From: an uncultured delta proteobacterium
GTDB taxonomy: Bacteria > Desulfobacterota > Desulfobacteria > Desulfobacterales > JAHEIW01
Assembly (NCBI GenBank): GCA_963706575.1
Contig: CAVPNL010000015.1
Span: 128,001 to 192,000 of the forward strand
Length of the DNA stretch: 64,000 nt
Direction of reading: 5' to 3'
The translations under genes were made by a program, and so were the position numbers. The notes beneath the pieces were generated by a model. The model was not told the origin of the DNA. It worked only from the letters and a program-made list of their open reading frames with translations, and searched no databases. Below, piece by piece: positions 10,260 through 19,701 of the stretch; positions within the stretch are counted from its first letter, which is position 1, and the number at the start of each line of letters is the position of its first letter.

Positions 10260-10567
10260 ATTTTTAGGTTTTTTTTAGATCGGCTTCTTTTCGATAAAAT
10301 CAAACAGTGAATCTAATTAATACTTTTAATAATTATTCAGGTAGGTTGTCGGATATTAAGAAAATTAGGCCAACTGTAAAGCATATGGAGATGCAAAGAC
10401 TGGTCAGCATGATGGGGGAAAACCAATTTTGGCGGTTTTAAAGGCTCGCCTATTGAGCTGGCTGGAAAACGAGTTGTGTAAAATCCGAGATGTGAAATAT
10501 TCCATTATGGACCGGACTCAGAGACTCGCAGTGAATCGAATCAGGTTGATCTCGTTGAAACAGCCCT

Positions 10568-11776
10568 TTACTGCTTCTTTTTTTTCCTGACTTTCATTGT
10601 TCGCTTCATCAGCCAGATCAACGGTTTGGTTAAAAAGCCCTCCATATCCTCCTGCACGTCATTGAGCAAATCCGGTATGGGAAGATGCTGGGGGCATTTT
10701 TCCAGACATTCTTCGCATTGCACACACATGGAAGCCAGTGATGGCTCGTCTGTAACAATTCCGCCGTTAAAAAAAACATACATTAATTTCGCTGCCTTAT
10801 CCTTGAAAGTATGCCTGGAATTGTAAAATTCAAAACAGCTTGGAATATTCACCCCTGCCGGGCAAGGCATGCAATACTGGCATCCAGTGCATCCGACCTT
10901 CATCACCCTTCTAAATTCAGCAGCCGCATCCTCGACCAATTTTATTTCTTTTTCAGAAAAAGAGTTTGGCAGGGCTTTTTCGGCCAGGGCCAGGTTTTCG
11001 TTTATGTGGTTATCGTTATTCATCCCCGATAGAACAACAGTGACCTCGGGATGATTCCAGATCCAGCCCAACGACCAACCGGCAGGCGTTTTCTTATGAT
11101 CGGCCTTTGCCCAGATATCTTTTACGGTTGATGGTGGGGTTTTGGCCAGATTCCCACCCCGCAATGGTTCCATGATGATCACCGCCATGTCTTTGGATGC
11201 CGCATATTGTAATCCGGCTGTCCCGGCCTGATTCTGGGTGTCCAGATAATTGTACTGAATCTGGCAAAACGTCCAGTCATAGTCATCCACGATGCCGTTA
11301 AATTCTTCCGCCAACCCGTGAAATGAAAACCCGGCATTGATGATCTTGCCCTTTTTCAACGCATCATCCAAAAACTCGATGACGCCGTTCCGCTTTGCCG
11401 TTTCCCAGAGTCCACCGCTCAGACCATGGATCAGATAATAATCGATGCGGTCGGTTTTCAGTTTTGACAGCTGCGCATCCAAAATATTGTCCATATCCTC
11501 TTTGGAATGGGTTCTCCAGTGGGGAAGCTTGGTGGCGATCTTTACCTTATCCCGACAATTATTTTCAGATAGGACTTTACCCAGAAACGGCTCGCTTTTA
11601 CCGTTATGATAGGGAACTGCCGTATCAAAATAATTTACGCCCCGATCCAACGCATAAATGATCTGCTTTTCGGCAAGTTTTTGATTAATGGATTGCATCC
11701 TCACCGGGAGCCGCATACATCCATATCCAAGTACGGATAGTTTATCCCCGTTTTTGGGCACTTCGCGATAAAGCAT
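10568..11776 (-). CDS. Aldo/keto reductase with C-terminal 4Fe-4S dicluster domain
   Basis: LSVLGYGCMRLP, GVNYFDTA, IATKLP, GFSFH, QIQYNYLD, IMEPLRGG, CTGCQYCMPCP and CVQCEECLEKCP motifs; ATG 11776 after AAGGAG. Confidence 0.93.
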   Translation of the reverse strand: MLYREVPKNGDKLSVLGYGCMRLPVRMQSINQKLAEKQIIYALDRGVNYFDTAVPYHNGKSEPFLGKVLSENNCRDKVKIATKLPHWRTHSKEDMDNILDAQLSKLKTDRIDYYLIHGLSGGLWETAKRNGVIEFLDDALKKGKIINAGFSFHGLAEEFNGIVDDYDWTFCQIQYNYLDTQNQAGTAGLQYAASKDMAVIIMEPLRGGNLAKTPPSTVKDIWAKADHKKTPAGWSLGWIWNHPEVTVVLSGMNNDNHINENLALAEKALPNSFSEKEIKLVEDAAAEFRRVMKVGCTGCQYCMPCPAGVNIPSCFEFYNSRHTFKDKAAKLMYVFFNGGIVTDEPSLASMCVQCEECLEKCPQHLPIPDLLNDVQEDMEGFLTKPLIWLMKRTMKVRKKKKQ

Positions 11777-11802
11777 CGTAATTCTCCTTTGCAATTTTAT
11801 GC

Positions 11803-12948
11803 CTAAATATCTCCGTCTATAACAGCAGTATTGATCACACCAATAGATAATTCCATCGGCTTTTCCCACCATCTTGCAGCGGGAATACTCACACCGTAAA
11901 CGGTGGTTTCACCCACAACAGGCGTTGCGATGTTGACATTTTTAAAATTCGCTGCGGCTGTTAACCGCACCATCGGTTCATACCAGGGATGCAGCGCAAG
12001 GTTAAACGTGGCCCAGTGAATCGGGTGCAAAACGTTTCCTTTTAGATCCAGGTGCGCCTGAACGGTTTGCTCGGGAAACATGTGCACCTTCGGCCACGAT
12101 TTGCCATACGCCCCGCATTCAACAAAGGTCATGTCGAATGGACCGTACCTGTAGCCGATCTGTTTAAAGCCTTCAAAGTAACCTGAATCTCCACTGAAAA
12201 ATAGTTTGTGCGATGGCGTTTTGATGACCCATGATGCCCACAGTGTTTTATTGCGGTCGGTGATACCGCGTCCCGAAAAATGCAGTGCCGGCGTTGCAGC
12301 TACCATCAAGTTTTGATCGAGCCGGTATTCTTGCCACCAGTCCAGCTCGACGATTTTATCCCGGGTTACCCCCCAGTCTATAAGCTGAGCACCGACCGCC
12401 AGCGGGACGATAAATTTATTTGACTTTTCAATTAACCGCTGCACGGAGAACTTATTGAGATGGTCGTAGTGATCGTGGGAAATAATGACAGCGTCTATTT
12501 TTGGAATCTGCCGGATGTCCAGAGGCACATCACCGTTAAAACGGGTCGGGCCAAATACGGATATGCGCTTTTCAAACACCGGGTCAATCAGAATTTTGTA
12601 CCCGTCAATATTGATCATTAGCGATGAATGACCCAGCCATGTGACGTTTAATTGATCGCTGCCCTGGTTGTTGAAGTGCGACAAATCCACCTGTTTGACC
12701 GGCAGCTCTGTGTCCGGTGTTCGATGATTTCTGGTGAAAAGAAAATCCCAGGTGGTCGAAACATAGTCTGTGAAGGACATATTCAGTGCATTTCCCATAT
12801 GGTTAAATTTTCCGTCTTTATATTGAGGCGAATCCTCTATTTTACCCGGCATGGAATAATCGGAACTACTCGCCACCGGGGTATCGGTGTTGATACACTG
12901 CAAAATGGCAATTCCTGTGATGATGCTAATGATAATTTTTAGTTTCAT
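11803..12948 (-). CDS. MBL-fold metallo-hydrolase (RomA / NAPE-PLD-like), exported
   Basis: TWLGHSS, ISHDHYDHL, HFSGRG, FSGDSGY, HMFPEQ and PIHWATF motifs; hydrophobic N-terminus. Confidence 0.92.
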   Translation of the reverse strand: MKLKIIISIITGIAILQCINTDTPVASSSDYSMPGKIEDSPQYKDGKFNHMGNALNMSFTDYVSTTWDFLFTRNHRTPDTELPVKQVDLSHFNNQGSDQLNVTWLGHSSLMINIDGYKILIDPVFEKRISVFGPTRFNGDVPLDIRQIPKIDAVIISHDHYDHLNKFSVQRLIEKSNKFIVPLAVGAQLIDWGVTRDKIVELDWWQEYRLDQNLMVAATPALHFSGRGITDRNKTLWASWVIKTPSHKLFFSGDSGYFEGFKQIGYRYGPFDMTFVECGAYGKSWPKVHMFPEQTVQAHLDLKGNVLHPIHWATFNLALHPWYEPMVRLTAAANFKNVNIATPVVGETTVYGVSIPAARWWEKPMELSIGVINTAVIDGDI

Positions 12949-12984
12949 GCGGTTTTAGATTTCCCATTTATTCAAAATTGTTAA

Positions 12985-13000
12985 ATGAACGATCATTTAT
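12985..13000. promoter_or_regulatory. Putative TetR operator upstream of the MBL gene
   Basis: ATGAACGATCATTTAT, an imperfect palindrome matching the site at 13599-13614. Confidence 0.65.
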
Positions 13001-13016
13001 AAATAAGGTAAATTTT

Positions 13017-13589
13017 TTATAACTTTATCGCATCCCAGGCTAACATGAATGCTGTTTCAATGTTTTCCGCGTTCAGTTCAAAATCCTGGCATAAACTTGG
13101 ATTGGCAAGAGCCGTTATGGGATAATACATGAAGGCCGTGAGAATATCAAAATTTACATTTTTAATGATCTTTTGTTCTATTCCTGTTTGCAGCACCTTG
13201 ATCAAGGGTTCATAATATTGTTCCACTTCTTGTCTATTCACTAAAGAACTGTAAGGCGAACTGGAAAATTGTTCGACAAATTTATAATATTCCAGGTTGT
13301 TAGAGATATATTCAAACATATTAAACCATACATTTCTGAATATATCCCTGATTGGCAGCTTGTCGTTAAAATCCTTAAGCAGGGCTTTGCTTAGATTCAG
13401 TTTTATTTCGATGTAGGTTGAAACTAAAAGGTCCTCTTTGTTTTTGTAATAAACATATATTGTGGCTGGAGATACACCGGCCTCCCTGGCAATTTTGGAC
13501 ACTGAACTGGAGGCGAATCCGGTTTCATTGACCAGCTTAACCGTGGCCTCAAATAGGGCTGCTTCTTTTGCATCATCCTTGGTTCTCAT
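13017..13589 (-). CDS. TetR/AcrR-family transcriptional regulator
   Basis: SVSKIAREAGVSPATIYVYYKNKEDL HTH; start MRTKDD at 13589. Confidence 0.95.
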   Translation of the reverse strand: MRTKDDAKEAALFEATVKLVNETGFASSSVSKIAREAGVSPATIYVYYKNKEDLLVSTYIEIKLNLSKALLKDFNDKLPIRDIFRNVWFNMFEYISNNLEYYKFVEQFSSSPYSSLVNRQEVEQYYEPLIKVLQTGIEQKIIKNVNFDILTAFMYYPITALANPSLCQDFELNAENIETAFMLAWDAIKL

Positions 13590-13595
13590 GGTTCT

Positions 13596-13624
13596 AAAAT
13601 AAACGATCATTCATTTATTGTCAA
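13596..13624 (-). promoter_or_regulatory. tetR promoter with overlapping operator
   Basis: TTGACA (13624-13619)-17 nt-TATTTT (13601-13596); palindrome ATAAACGATCATTCAT at 13599-13614. Confidence 0.65.
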
Positions 13625-13684
13625 GCAAATTCTCTTTTTTTGAATAATAATCCGTCTCATGTTCAGTAAATTTTTAAAAAAATT

Positions 13685-13721
13685 AAGCCCCAGATCTTTA
13701 CATAGATCAGGGGCTTTTTTT
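13685..13721. terminator. Intrinsic terminator-like hairpin downstream of ssb
   Basis: AAGCCCCAGATCT...AGATCAGGGGCTT flanked by A and T runs. Confidence 0.65.
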
Positions 13722-13802
13722 CAACCTATATAGTTTTATAATTCTGTATGTTACAATCTTTTCGGGCTATCCGAATCTTTACAAAACCTGCCGGGGTTCG
13801 CT

Positions 13803-14231
13803 TCAGAACGGAATATCATCATCCTCGGGAGCCTGCATGGGCGAACCGGGTCCCGCTCCGACGTCCGGGCCACTCGGTTTATAAGCGTCTCCGGAATCCC
13901 TCGATCCCAGCATGATCATCTGAGAGGCAACGATCTCGGTGGTATATCTTTTAACACCGTCCTTGTCTTCCCAGTCCCGGGTCTGTATTCGGCCCTCGAT
14001 GTAAATCTGCTTGCCTTTGGCAAGGTATTCGCCGCAGATTTCGCCCAATTTGCCGAAGGCGACAATCCGGTGCCATTCCGTGCGGGTTTCTTTTTCGCCC
14101 TCCTTGTTGGTCCATGTCTCCGAGGTGGCAATGCTGAAATTGGCAACCGCCAGGCCGCTAGGTGTGTATCGCACCTCCGGGTCCCGGCCTAAATTTCCGA
14201 TCAGAATGGCTTTATTCAAACCGTTGGCCAT
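13803..14231 (-). CDS. ssb: Single-stranded DNA-binding protein
   Basis: [42 protein letters not shown] and C-terminal DDDIPF. Confidence 0.98.
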   Translation of the reverse strand: MANGLNKAILIGNLGRDPEVRYTPSGLAVANFSIATSETWTNKEGEKETRTEWHRIVAFGKLGEICGEYLAKGKQIYIEGRIQTRDWEDKDGVKRYTTEIVASQMIMLGSRDSGDAYKPSGPDVGAGPGSPMQAPEDDDIPF

Positions 14232-14464
14232 TTTTTCCTCCCCCCTGTTGAAGTTAAAATGAATGATCTTTAGTACAAAAAAGGCAGTCCAATGTCAATC
14301 CAACCTTTTTAAAACCAAGGTGTTTTTTATCGCGAACGGAATATGGCCATTGGCAATATCTATTGCATGCCAGGGGCGAATGTGATTTTAATTCGAACCG
14401 GCACAACAATTTTGGGCGGTACCAAACCATATGAACGATCTAACCGCTGCCAGGCGAATAAATC

Positions 14465-15652
14465 ATGCCCATGACCTCTCCATTTTTCAAGCGCATCAAG
14501 CGCCATGTCATCGGCCGGGAACACACATTTTTTGCGGCAACGCCTCCCGGCTTTGAACCGCTTTGCCTCCAGGAGTTGTTGAATTTTCAGCCGGCTGTCG
14601 GCAATGCCCGGGTAACCCCCGGTGGTGTGGAATTTAAGGGGCGGCTCGATGACTGTTACCGTGCGAATTTAAATCTGCGCCTGCCCAACCGTATTTTAAT
14701 GCGCATCAGTGCATTCAAATCATCCAATTTCAGACAGCTTGAAAGAAAAGTGGGCGATACCCCCTGGGAACTGTTTCTGCACCCCGGGAGCCTTTTAAAG
14801 GTGCATGTGGCCACAAAGCATTGCCGATTGCATCATTCAGCCGCAATCTCAGAAAGATTTCAGAAAACCATCGACCGCCATCTTTCCGGACTTAATCCTG
14901 AAAAAAAGGACCCGGAGATCGCAAATGCGGAACAAAATATTTTCGTCCGCGGCAAGGATGATTGCTTCACCGTATCGATTGACAGCAGCGGCGAACTTCT
15001 TTACAAACGCGGACTGAAAAAACACACGGGCAAAGCACCGCTGCGAGAAACAATTGCGGCGGCTGCACTGCTGTTGGCAGGTTACGAGGGCAGTCAACCA
15101 CTGATTGATCCGATGTGCGGCGCCGGAACGTTTTCCCTGGAAGGCGCACTGATGGCCAAGCGCATTCCGGCGGGCTGGTTCCGCGATTTTGCGTTTGCGG
15201 GATGGCCCTCATATCTTGCGAAGCGATGGGACTATATCAGGCGTCAGGCCAAATCCGGCTTTGTGCAGCCCGAACAGCCAATGATCTTTGCTTCAGACAC
15301 GGATTCCGACGCCTGTCAAAAAATAGAGGATTGTGTTGAAGAATACAGCCTGTCCGATGCCGTCAGGGTATATCAAAAAGATTTTTTTGATCTAACTCCC
15401 CGGGAACTTACCGATCAGATGGGGGTCATTTGTATTAACCCGCCTTACGGCCGACGACTCGGCCAAAAGCATGATTCCCAAAAAATATTTTATGCCATTT
15501 GTGACAAACTCAAAAGTGATTACTGCGGATGGAAGCTGGTGCTAATTGCACCCAGCAGAAAACTGGCCGGCACGGTTCCTTTTGCGACAGAGGCTTATCC
15601 CATTGTGCACGGTGGATTGAAACTGACCTTGCTGGTTGGAAAAATCAATTGA
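14465..15652 (+). CDS. THUMP-domain SAM-dependent RNA methyltransferase (RlmL/YpsC-like)
   Basis: SIDSSGELLYKRG, APLRETIAAA, DPMCGAGT and NPPYG motifs. Confidence 0.92.
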   Translation: MPMTSPFFKRIKRHVIGREHTFFAATPPGFEPLCLQELLNFQPAVGNARVTPGGVEFKGRLDDCYRANLNLRLPNRILMRISAFKSSNFRQLERKVGDTPWELFLHPGSLLKVHVATKHCRLHHSAAISERFQKTIDRHLSGLNPEKKDPEIANAEQNIFVRGKDDCFTVSIDSSGELLYKRGLKKHTGKAPLRETIAAAALLLAGYEGSQPLIDPMCGAGTFSLEGALMAKRIPAGWFRDFAFAGWPSYLAKRWDYIRRQAKSGFVQPEQPMIFASDTDSDACQKIEDCVEEYSLSDAVRVYQKDFFDLTPRELTDQMGVICINPPYGRRLGQKHDSQKIFYAICDKLKSDYCGWKLVLIAPSRKLAGTVPFATEAYPIVHGGLKLTLLVGKIN

Positions 15653-15696
15653 AGTTTAATTAGATGGTTGTGTTTGACCAATTCACGCTTTTTTAT

Positions 15697-15782
15697 TCAC
15701 CACAAAGGCGCGAAGACCACAAAGAGTAATACAAAAATTTTTTACTTCTTAACTTTATGTCCTTCGTGATCTTCGTGGTTAA
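15697..15782. repeat. Inverted short-tandem-repeat element (CAC(A/G)AAG / CTTCGTG units)
   Basis: ACCACAAAGGCGCGAAGACCACAAAG ... CTTTATGTCCTTCGTGATCTTCGTGGT. Confidence 0.7.
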
Positions 15783-15783
15783 T

Positions 15784-15990
15784 TTATAGCGGTTCGGGAC
15801 CGCAAAGATTTTCAGCCTTGGCTGCCGCACGGCCGCAATTCTTACAGACGAATTGAGGGTTGCGCACATACTTTTTGTATTCTTCCAGATTGTTTTTCAC
15901 AAATCCGACATTTTCAGCCATGCACAAATGGGCCTCATGCCCCTCATGCGGCTCCGTCAGGTGTTGGGGAAGTGGAAACCACTCGGCCAT
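15784..15990 (-). CDS. Small His/Cys-rich hypothetical protein (possible metal binding)
   Basis: 68 aa; HEGHEAHLC ... FVCKNCGR ... NLCGP; RBS AAGGGGGTG. Confidence 0.75.
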   Translation of the reverse strand: MAEWFPLPQHLTEPHEGHEAHLCMAENVGFVKNNLEEYKKYVRNPQFVCKNCGRAAAKAENLCGPEPL

Positions 15991-16100
15991 AATCTCACCC
16001 CCTTAGTATTTTTCAGAATTTATTGAATCAACTGAAGATTCAAAACCTAATTTAAAAATAAGAACCAATATAGTGGTGTCAATTAGAGGCGATTTCATAT

Positions 16101-16129
16101 TTGACAGTCCGGCGCTTCTTATCTATTAT
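16101..16129 (+). promoter_or_regulatory. Sigma70 promoter for the M20 hydrolase / RAYT unit
   Basis: TTGACA-17 nt-TATTAT. Confidence 0.7.
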
Positions 16130-16149
16130 CACCACGAAACGACTAAAAA

Positions 16150-16256
16150 GCTGGCACAGAGGCCAGCCCTACACAAGACAAAAAATTGCATCTTGTGAAC
16201 AGTAGGGCGGCCCTCTGCGGCCGCCATTTCAAGCCCGCGCAGAAGCTCGGCCCTGC
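16150..16256. repeat. GTAG-type REP cluster (left)
   Basis: GCTGGCACAGAGGCCAGCCCTAC (16150-16172), GTAGGGCGGCCCTCTGCGGCCGCC (16202-16225) and a degenerate inverted partner. Confidence 0.85.
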
Positions 16257-16303
16257 ATGTAATTTAGCAAATCTGGTCGTAATGAATTTTATGGAGGTGA
16301 CCC

Positions 16304-17545
16304 ATGGATCTTAAAAAATTGCGCGTGAACGGCAAGCGCCTGCAACAGTCTCTTGAGGAAATGGCAAAAATAGGCGCAACCCCCGGTGGGGGCGTACAGC
16401 GCCTGACCCTGTCCGATGAAGACAAACAGGCCCGGGATCTTTTTGTAAAATGGCTCAAAGAACTGGACCTGGAGATTACCATTGATGAAATGGGAAGTAT
16501 CTTCGGCAAAAGGCCTGGAAAAAACAACGACCTGGAACCGGTAATGAGCGGTTCCCATATCGATTCCCAGCCGAAGGGCGGGCGCTTTGATGGGATCTTA
16601 GGCGTCATGGGGCCCCTGGAAGTATTACGCACCCTGCACGAAAATAATATCGAAACCGAAAGACCGTTTATCATAGTGGATTGGACCAACGAAGAAGGGT
16701 CCCGATTTGCCCCGGCGATGGTGGCATCCGGGGTATGGGCCGGAGCGCTCGAACGTGATTGGGTCTATGACCGTAGCGATATTACCGGCAAACGCTTTGA
16801 AGATGAGTTGATCCGCATCGGATACAAAGGAAGCGCACCGGCAAAAAAATGGCCGGTACACTGCTATTACGAATATCATATCGAACAGGGGCCGATGCTG
16901 GAACGCGAAGGCAAACAAATCGGTGCCCCCAAAGGGATCCTGTGTCTGCACTGGTATGATGTCTATCTCGAGGGAGAGGCCAACCAGGTCGGACCGACCC
17001 CGATGGAAGGTCGGCATGATGCGCTATGCGCCACAGCCGAGATGATTTTGAAAGTTAACGAACTCCCGGACCGCATGGGGGGCAATATGGTGGCCACTGT
17101 CGGCGAAATACAGAATTATCCAAATTCCAGAAATATCATTCCGGATAAAGTTCATTTCACGGTGGACATCCGCTCCTGGGACGACGACCATGCCTTAAAG
17201 GCCTGGGAAGTCGTCCGCAAAGACTTTGAAGATATTGCGGCTCGCAGGGGCTGCCCGATCAAAATAGAAGAAACCTGGCGGGTAGAGCATTCGCCTTTTG
17301 ACGAAAAGCTGGTACAGGGCATTCTGAACGCTGCTGATGATCTGGGTTATTCCAGCCTGCACATGGTCAGCGGCGCCGGTCATGATGCCAGCTATATGAA
17401 TCAGGTTTGCCCGACCGCAATGATATTTGTCCCCAGCATCGGCGGCCGCAGCCACGTCGAAGTCGAAAACACCACCTGGGAAGACTGTGAAGCCGGCGCC
17501 AACGTTCTGCTGCATGCAATACTGCAATCGGCCAATGAGAAATAG
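16304..17545 (+). CDS. Zn-dependent M20 amidohydrolase (beta-ureidopropionase / N-carbamoylase, PydC-like)
   Basis: GGVQRLTLS, GSHIDSQPKGGRFDGILGV, WTNEEGSRF, EYHIEQGP, SGAGHDA and GGRSH motifs; next to hydA. Confidence 0.92.
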   Translation: MDLKKLRVNGKRLQQSLEEMAKIGATPGGGVQRLTLSDEDKQARDLFVKWLKELDLEITIDEMGSIFGKRPGKNNDLEPVMSGSHIDSQPKGGRFDGILGVMGPLEVLRTLHENNIETERPFIIVDWTNEEGSRFAPAMVASGVWAGALERDWVYDRSDITGKRFEDELIRIGYKGSAPAKKWPVHCYYEYHIEQGPMLEREGKQIGAPKGILCLHWYDVYLEGEANQVGPTPMEGRHDALCATAEMILKVNELPDRMGGNMVATVGEIQNYPNSRNIIPDKVHFTVDIRSWDDDHALKAWEVVRKDFEDIAARRGCPIKIEETWRVEHSPFDEKLVQGILNAADDLGYSSLHMVSGAGHDASYMNQVCPTAMIFVPSIGGRSHVEVENTTWEDCEAGANVLLHAILQSANEK

Positions 17546-17623
17546 GGCCGGTGCTTGCATCCCGACTTATGGGCGGGGCCTCCGTGCCGGCGAGGAAACG
17601 GCGGCCGCAGAGGGCCGCCCTAC
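17543..17623. repeat. REP cluster upstream of the RAYT gene
   Basis: GGCGGCCGCAGAGGGCCGCCCTAC at 17600-17623 is the exact reverse complement of 16202-16225; degenerate partners precede it. Confidence 0.85.
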
Positions 17624-17643
17624 TCCAAAATTAATCGCATATT

Positions 17644-18102
17644 ATGCCATTGAGACACAGAAAAAATGTCCGCCTTAAAAAAGAAATATACTCAAATCAA
17701 AATCAAATTTTTAGCATAACCATATGCACAAAAGATAGGCGACCTATTTTCGGAAAAGAACTTTGGGCAAAGACGATTATTGAGACCTTTCAGACAGAGC
17801 ATTTCCACAAAAACACAAAATCTTATGCATATTGCCTCATGCCGGACCATTTACACCTTCTGGTTTCACCCAAAAATGACAACTTAATTGGCTTTATAAG
17901 AAGATGGAAAAGCTACACCGCAAATCTTTTGAACAAATCCGGTTTGGATGGACCTTGCTGGCAAAGAGGTTTCTATGATCATGCCTTAAGAAGGGATGAA
18001 GATATTCGAACCACCACCGAGTATATTGTTCATAATCCGGTTCGCAAACATATTACACAGCATTGGAGAGAATACCCATATTCCTGGCACAAATGGATGT
18101 AA
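17644..18102 (+). mobile_element. rayT: REP-associated tyrosine transposase (RAYT, HUH/Y1 family)
   Basis: ITICT, YCLMPDHLH (HUH), WQRGFYDHALR, EYIVHNPVR and YPYSW motifs; AT-rich relative to neighbours; flanked on both sides by GTAG REPs. Confidence 0.93.
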
Positions 18103-18203
18103 GGCCGGGCCTCTGCGCCGGTCTAAAGAAGGCGGCCGCAGAGGGCCGCCCTACGTTTCGACAAAGACAATTTGCGGGATGTAGGGCTGGCATCCGTGCC
18201 AGC
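18099..18203. repeat. REP cluster (right)
   Basis: GTAAGGCCGGGCCTCTGCGCCGG (18099), GGCGGCCGCAGAGGGCCGCCCTAC (18131-18154), GTAGGGCTGGCATCCGTGCCAGC (18181-18203). Confidence 0.85.
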
Positions 18204-18220
18204 CAGAAGTAGGCATAAAT

Positions 18221-18262
18221 AAAAAGGTGTAAGCGAAATTGTCTGCTTACACCTTTTTTTTT
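18221..18262. terminator. Bidirectional intrinsic terminator between rayT and hydA
   Basis: AAAAAGGTGTAAGC...GCTTACACCTTTTTTTTT. Confidence 0.8.
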
Positions 18263-18309
18263 AACCGCTAACGGGCTAACTGGACAAGGCGCTCAACCAG
18301 CTAACCCAA

Positions 18310-19701
18310 TTAAAAATTTTCGAAAGGCTCTCGTTTGATGAACCGCCCCCGGCCGATCTCACCGACAAACTCCATCTGATCGCCGTTCCACTGGGATACC
18401 TTTTTGCCGCGCGAATAAACCGCGCTGGGCATACCGGTAACCTCAAAGCCCTCATAGGGGGTATAATCAACATTCATATGCAGTTTGCTCTGGGTGACGG
18501 TAAACTTCTGGTCCGGATTAAAGACCACAATATCAGCATCCTTGCCCACCGCAATTTCACCTTTGTCTTTGAGGCCGAACATGCGGGCCGTGCCGCATGA
18601 AAGCACGTCCACCATTTTCTCAAGCGAGATGCGCCCTTTGGCCACGCCTTCTGAATGCAACATGATCAGAAGCGTTTCGATTCCCGGGGCGCCGTTGGGG
18701 ATTTTTTTGTAATCGTCTTTACCGTTCATGTCTTTTTTGCCGTTAAAATCAAAGGGGCAATGGTCGGTGGCAACGACCTGCAGATCGCCGCCGCGCAAGC
18801 CTTCCCACAGGGCCGCGTTGCTTTCCTTGGTTCTCAGCGGCGGGGACATGACATACTTGGCGCCGTTCCAGTCCGGTTCCTTGTATCGCTCTTCATCCAG
18901 CAGGAGATACTGCGGGCAGGTCTCGGCATAGATATGAATGCCCCGGTCGCGGGCCTGTTTAACAATCCAGAGGCCTTCCTTTGATGACAGGTGCACGATG
19001 TAAATTCGAGAGCCGCTCATCTCCACCATTTTAGACGCCCGGTAAATGGCCTCTTCCTCGGCCAGATTCGGCCGGCTGACCGCATGGTAATAGGGATCTA
19101 ATTTGCCTTCTTTTGCAAGCGCCGCATTCATGTGATCAATAACGTGAACGTTTTCCGCATGCACCTGGACCAGGCCGCCATACTGTTTGGTCTTTTCCAA
19201 AAGCTTGATCATGGTGGCATCATCGACCCTGAAGTCATAGACCATAAAGATCTTAAAGCTGGGGGTGCCGTAATCCTGGCAGGCGTTTTTGACTTCCTCG
19301 ATGACTTCCGGCCGGGGATCCATAACGGCCGGATGCAAAGAATAATCCACTACAACCTTTCCCTCGGCCAGCGCTTTTTTGCGCTCCAGGGCTTCGAGCA
19401 GGGTTTCGCCTTTTTGCTGCAGGTCAAAATCCACCACACAGGTCACACCGCCGCAGGCCGCTGCAATGGTTCCGGTTTCATAGTCATCCTGGGCATAGGT
19501 TCCCATAAACGGCATGCAAAGGTGTGTATGCGGGTCAATGGCGCCGGGAAGAATATAGTGTCCCTTGGCATCAACCACCTCATCTGCCGGGTTGTCCAAA
19601 CCCGTCCCGATCGTTTTTATTTTGTCGCCATCTGCAAACACATCAGCCACATAACGACCGGTGGCATTAACGATTGTACCGCCTTTAAATAACACACTCA
19701 T
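18310..19701 (-). CDS. hydA: Dihydropyrimidinase (D-hydantoinase)
   Basis: PGAIDPHTHL, SFKIFMVY, VHAEN, YIVHLS, AETCPQYL, MSPPLR, TDHCPF and IPNGAPGIE motifs. Confidence 0.96.
   Translation of the reverse strand: MSVLFKGGTIVNATGRYVADVFADGDKIKTIGTGLDNPADEVVDAKGHYILPGAIDPHTHLCMPFMGTYAQDDYETGTIAAACGGVTCVVDFDLQQKGETLLEALERKKALAEGKVVVDYSLHPAVMDPRPEVIEEVKNACQDYGTPSFKIFMVYDFRVDDATMIKLLEKTKQYGGLVQVHAENVHVIDHMNAALAKEGKLDPYYHAVSRPNLAEEEAIYRASKMVEMSGSRIYIVHLSSKEGLWIVKQARDRGIHIYAETCPQYLLLDEERYKEPDWNGAKYVMSPPLRTKESNAALWEGLRGGDLQVVATDHCPFDFNGKKDMNGKDDYKKIPNGAPGIETLLIMLHSEGVAKGRISLEKMVDVLSCGTARMFGLKDKGEIAVGKDADIVVFNPDQKFTVTQSKLHMNVDYTPYEGFEVTGMPSAVYSRGKKVSQWNGDQMEFVGEIGRGRFIKREPFENF

Noticed and set aside
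14351..14367. Possible sigma54 box TGGCAATATCTATTGCA
   Set aside because: GG-to-GC spacing is one base too long, and no enhancer was seen.
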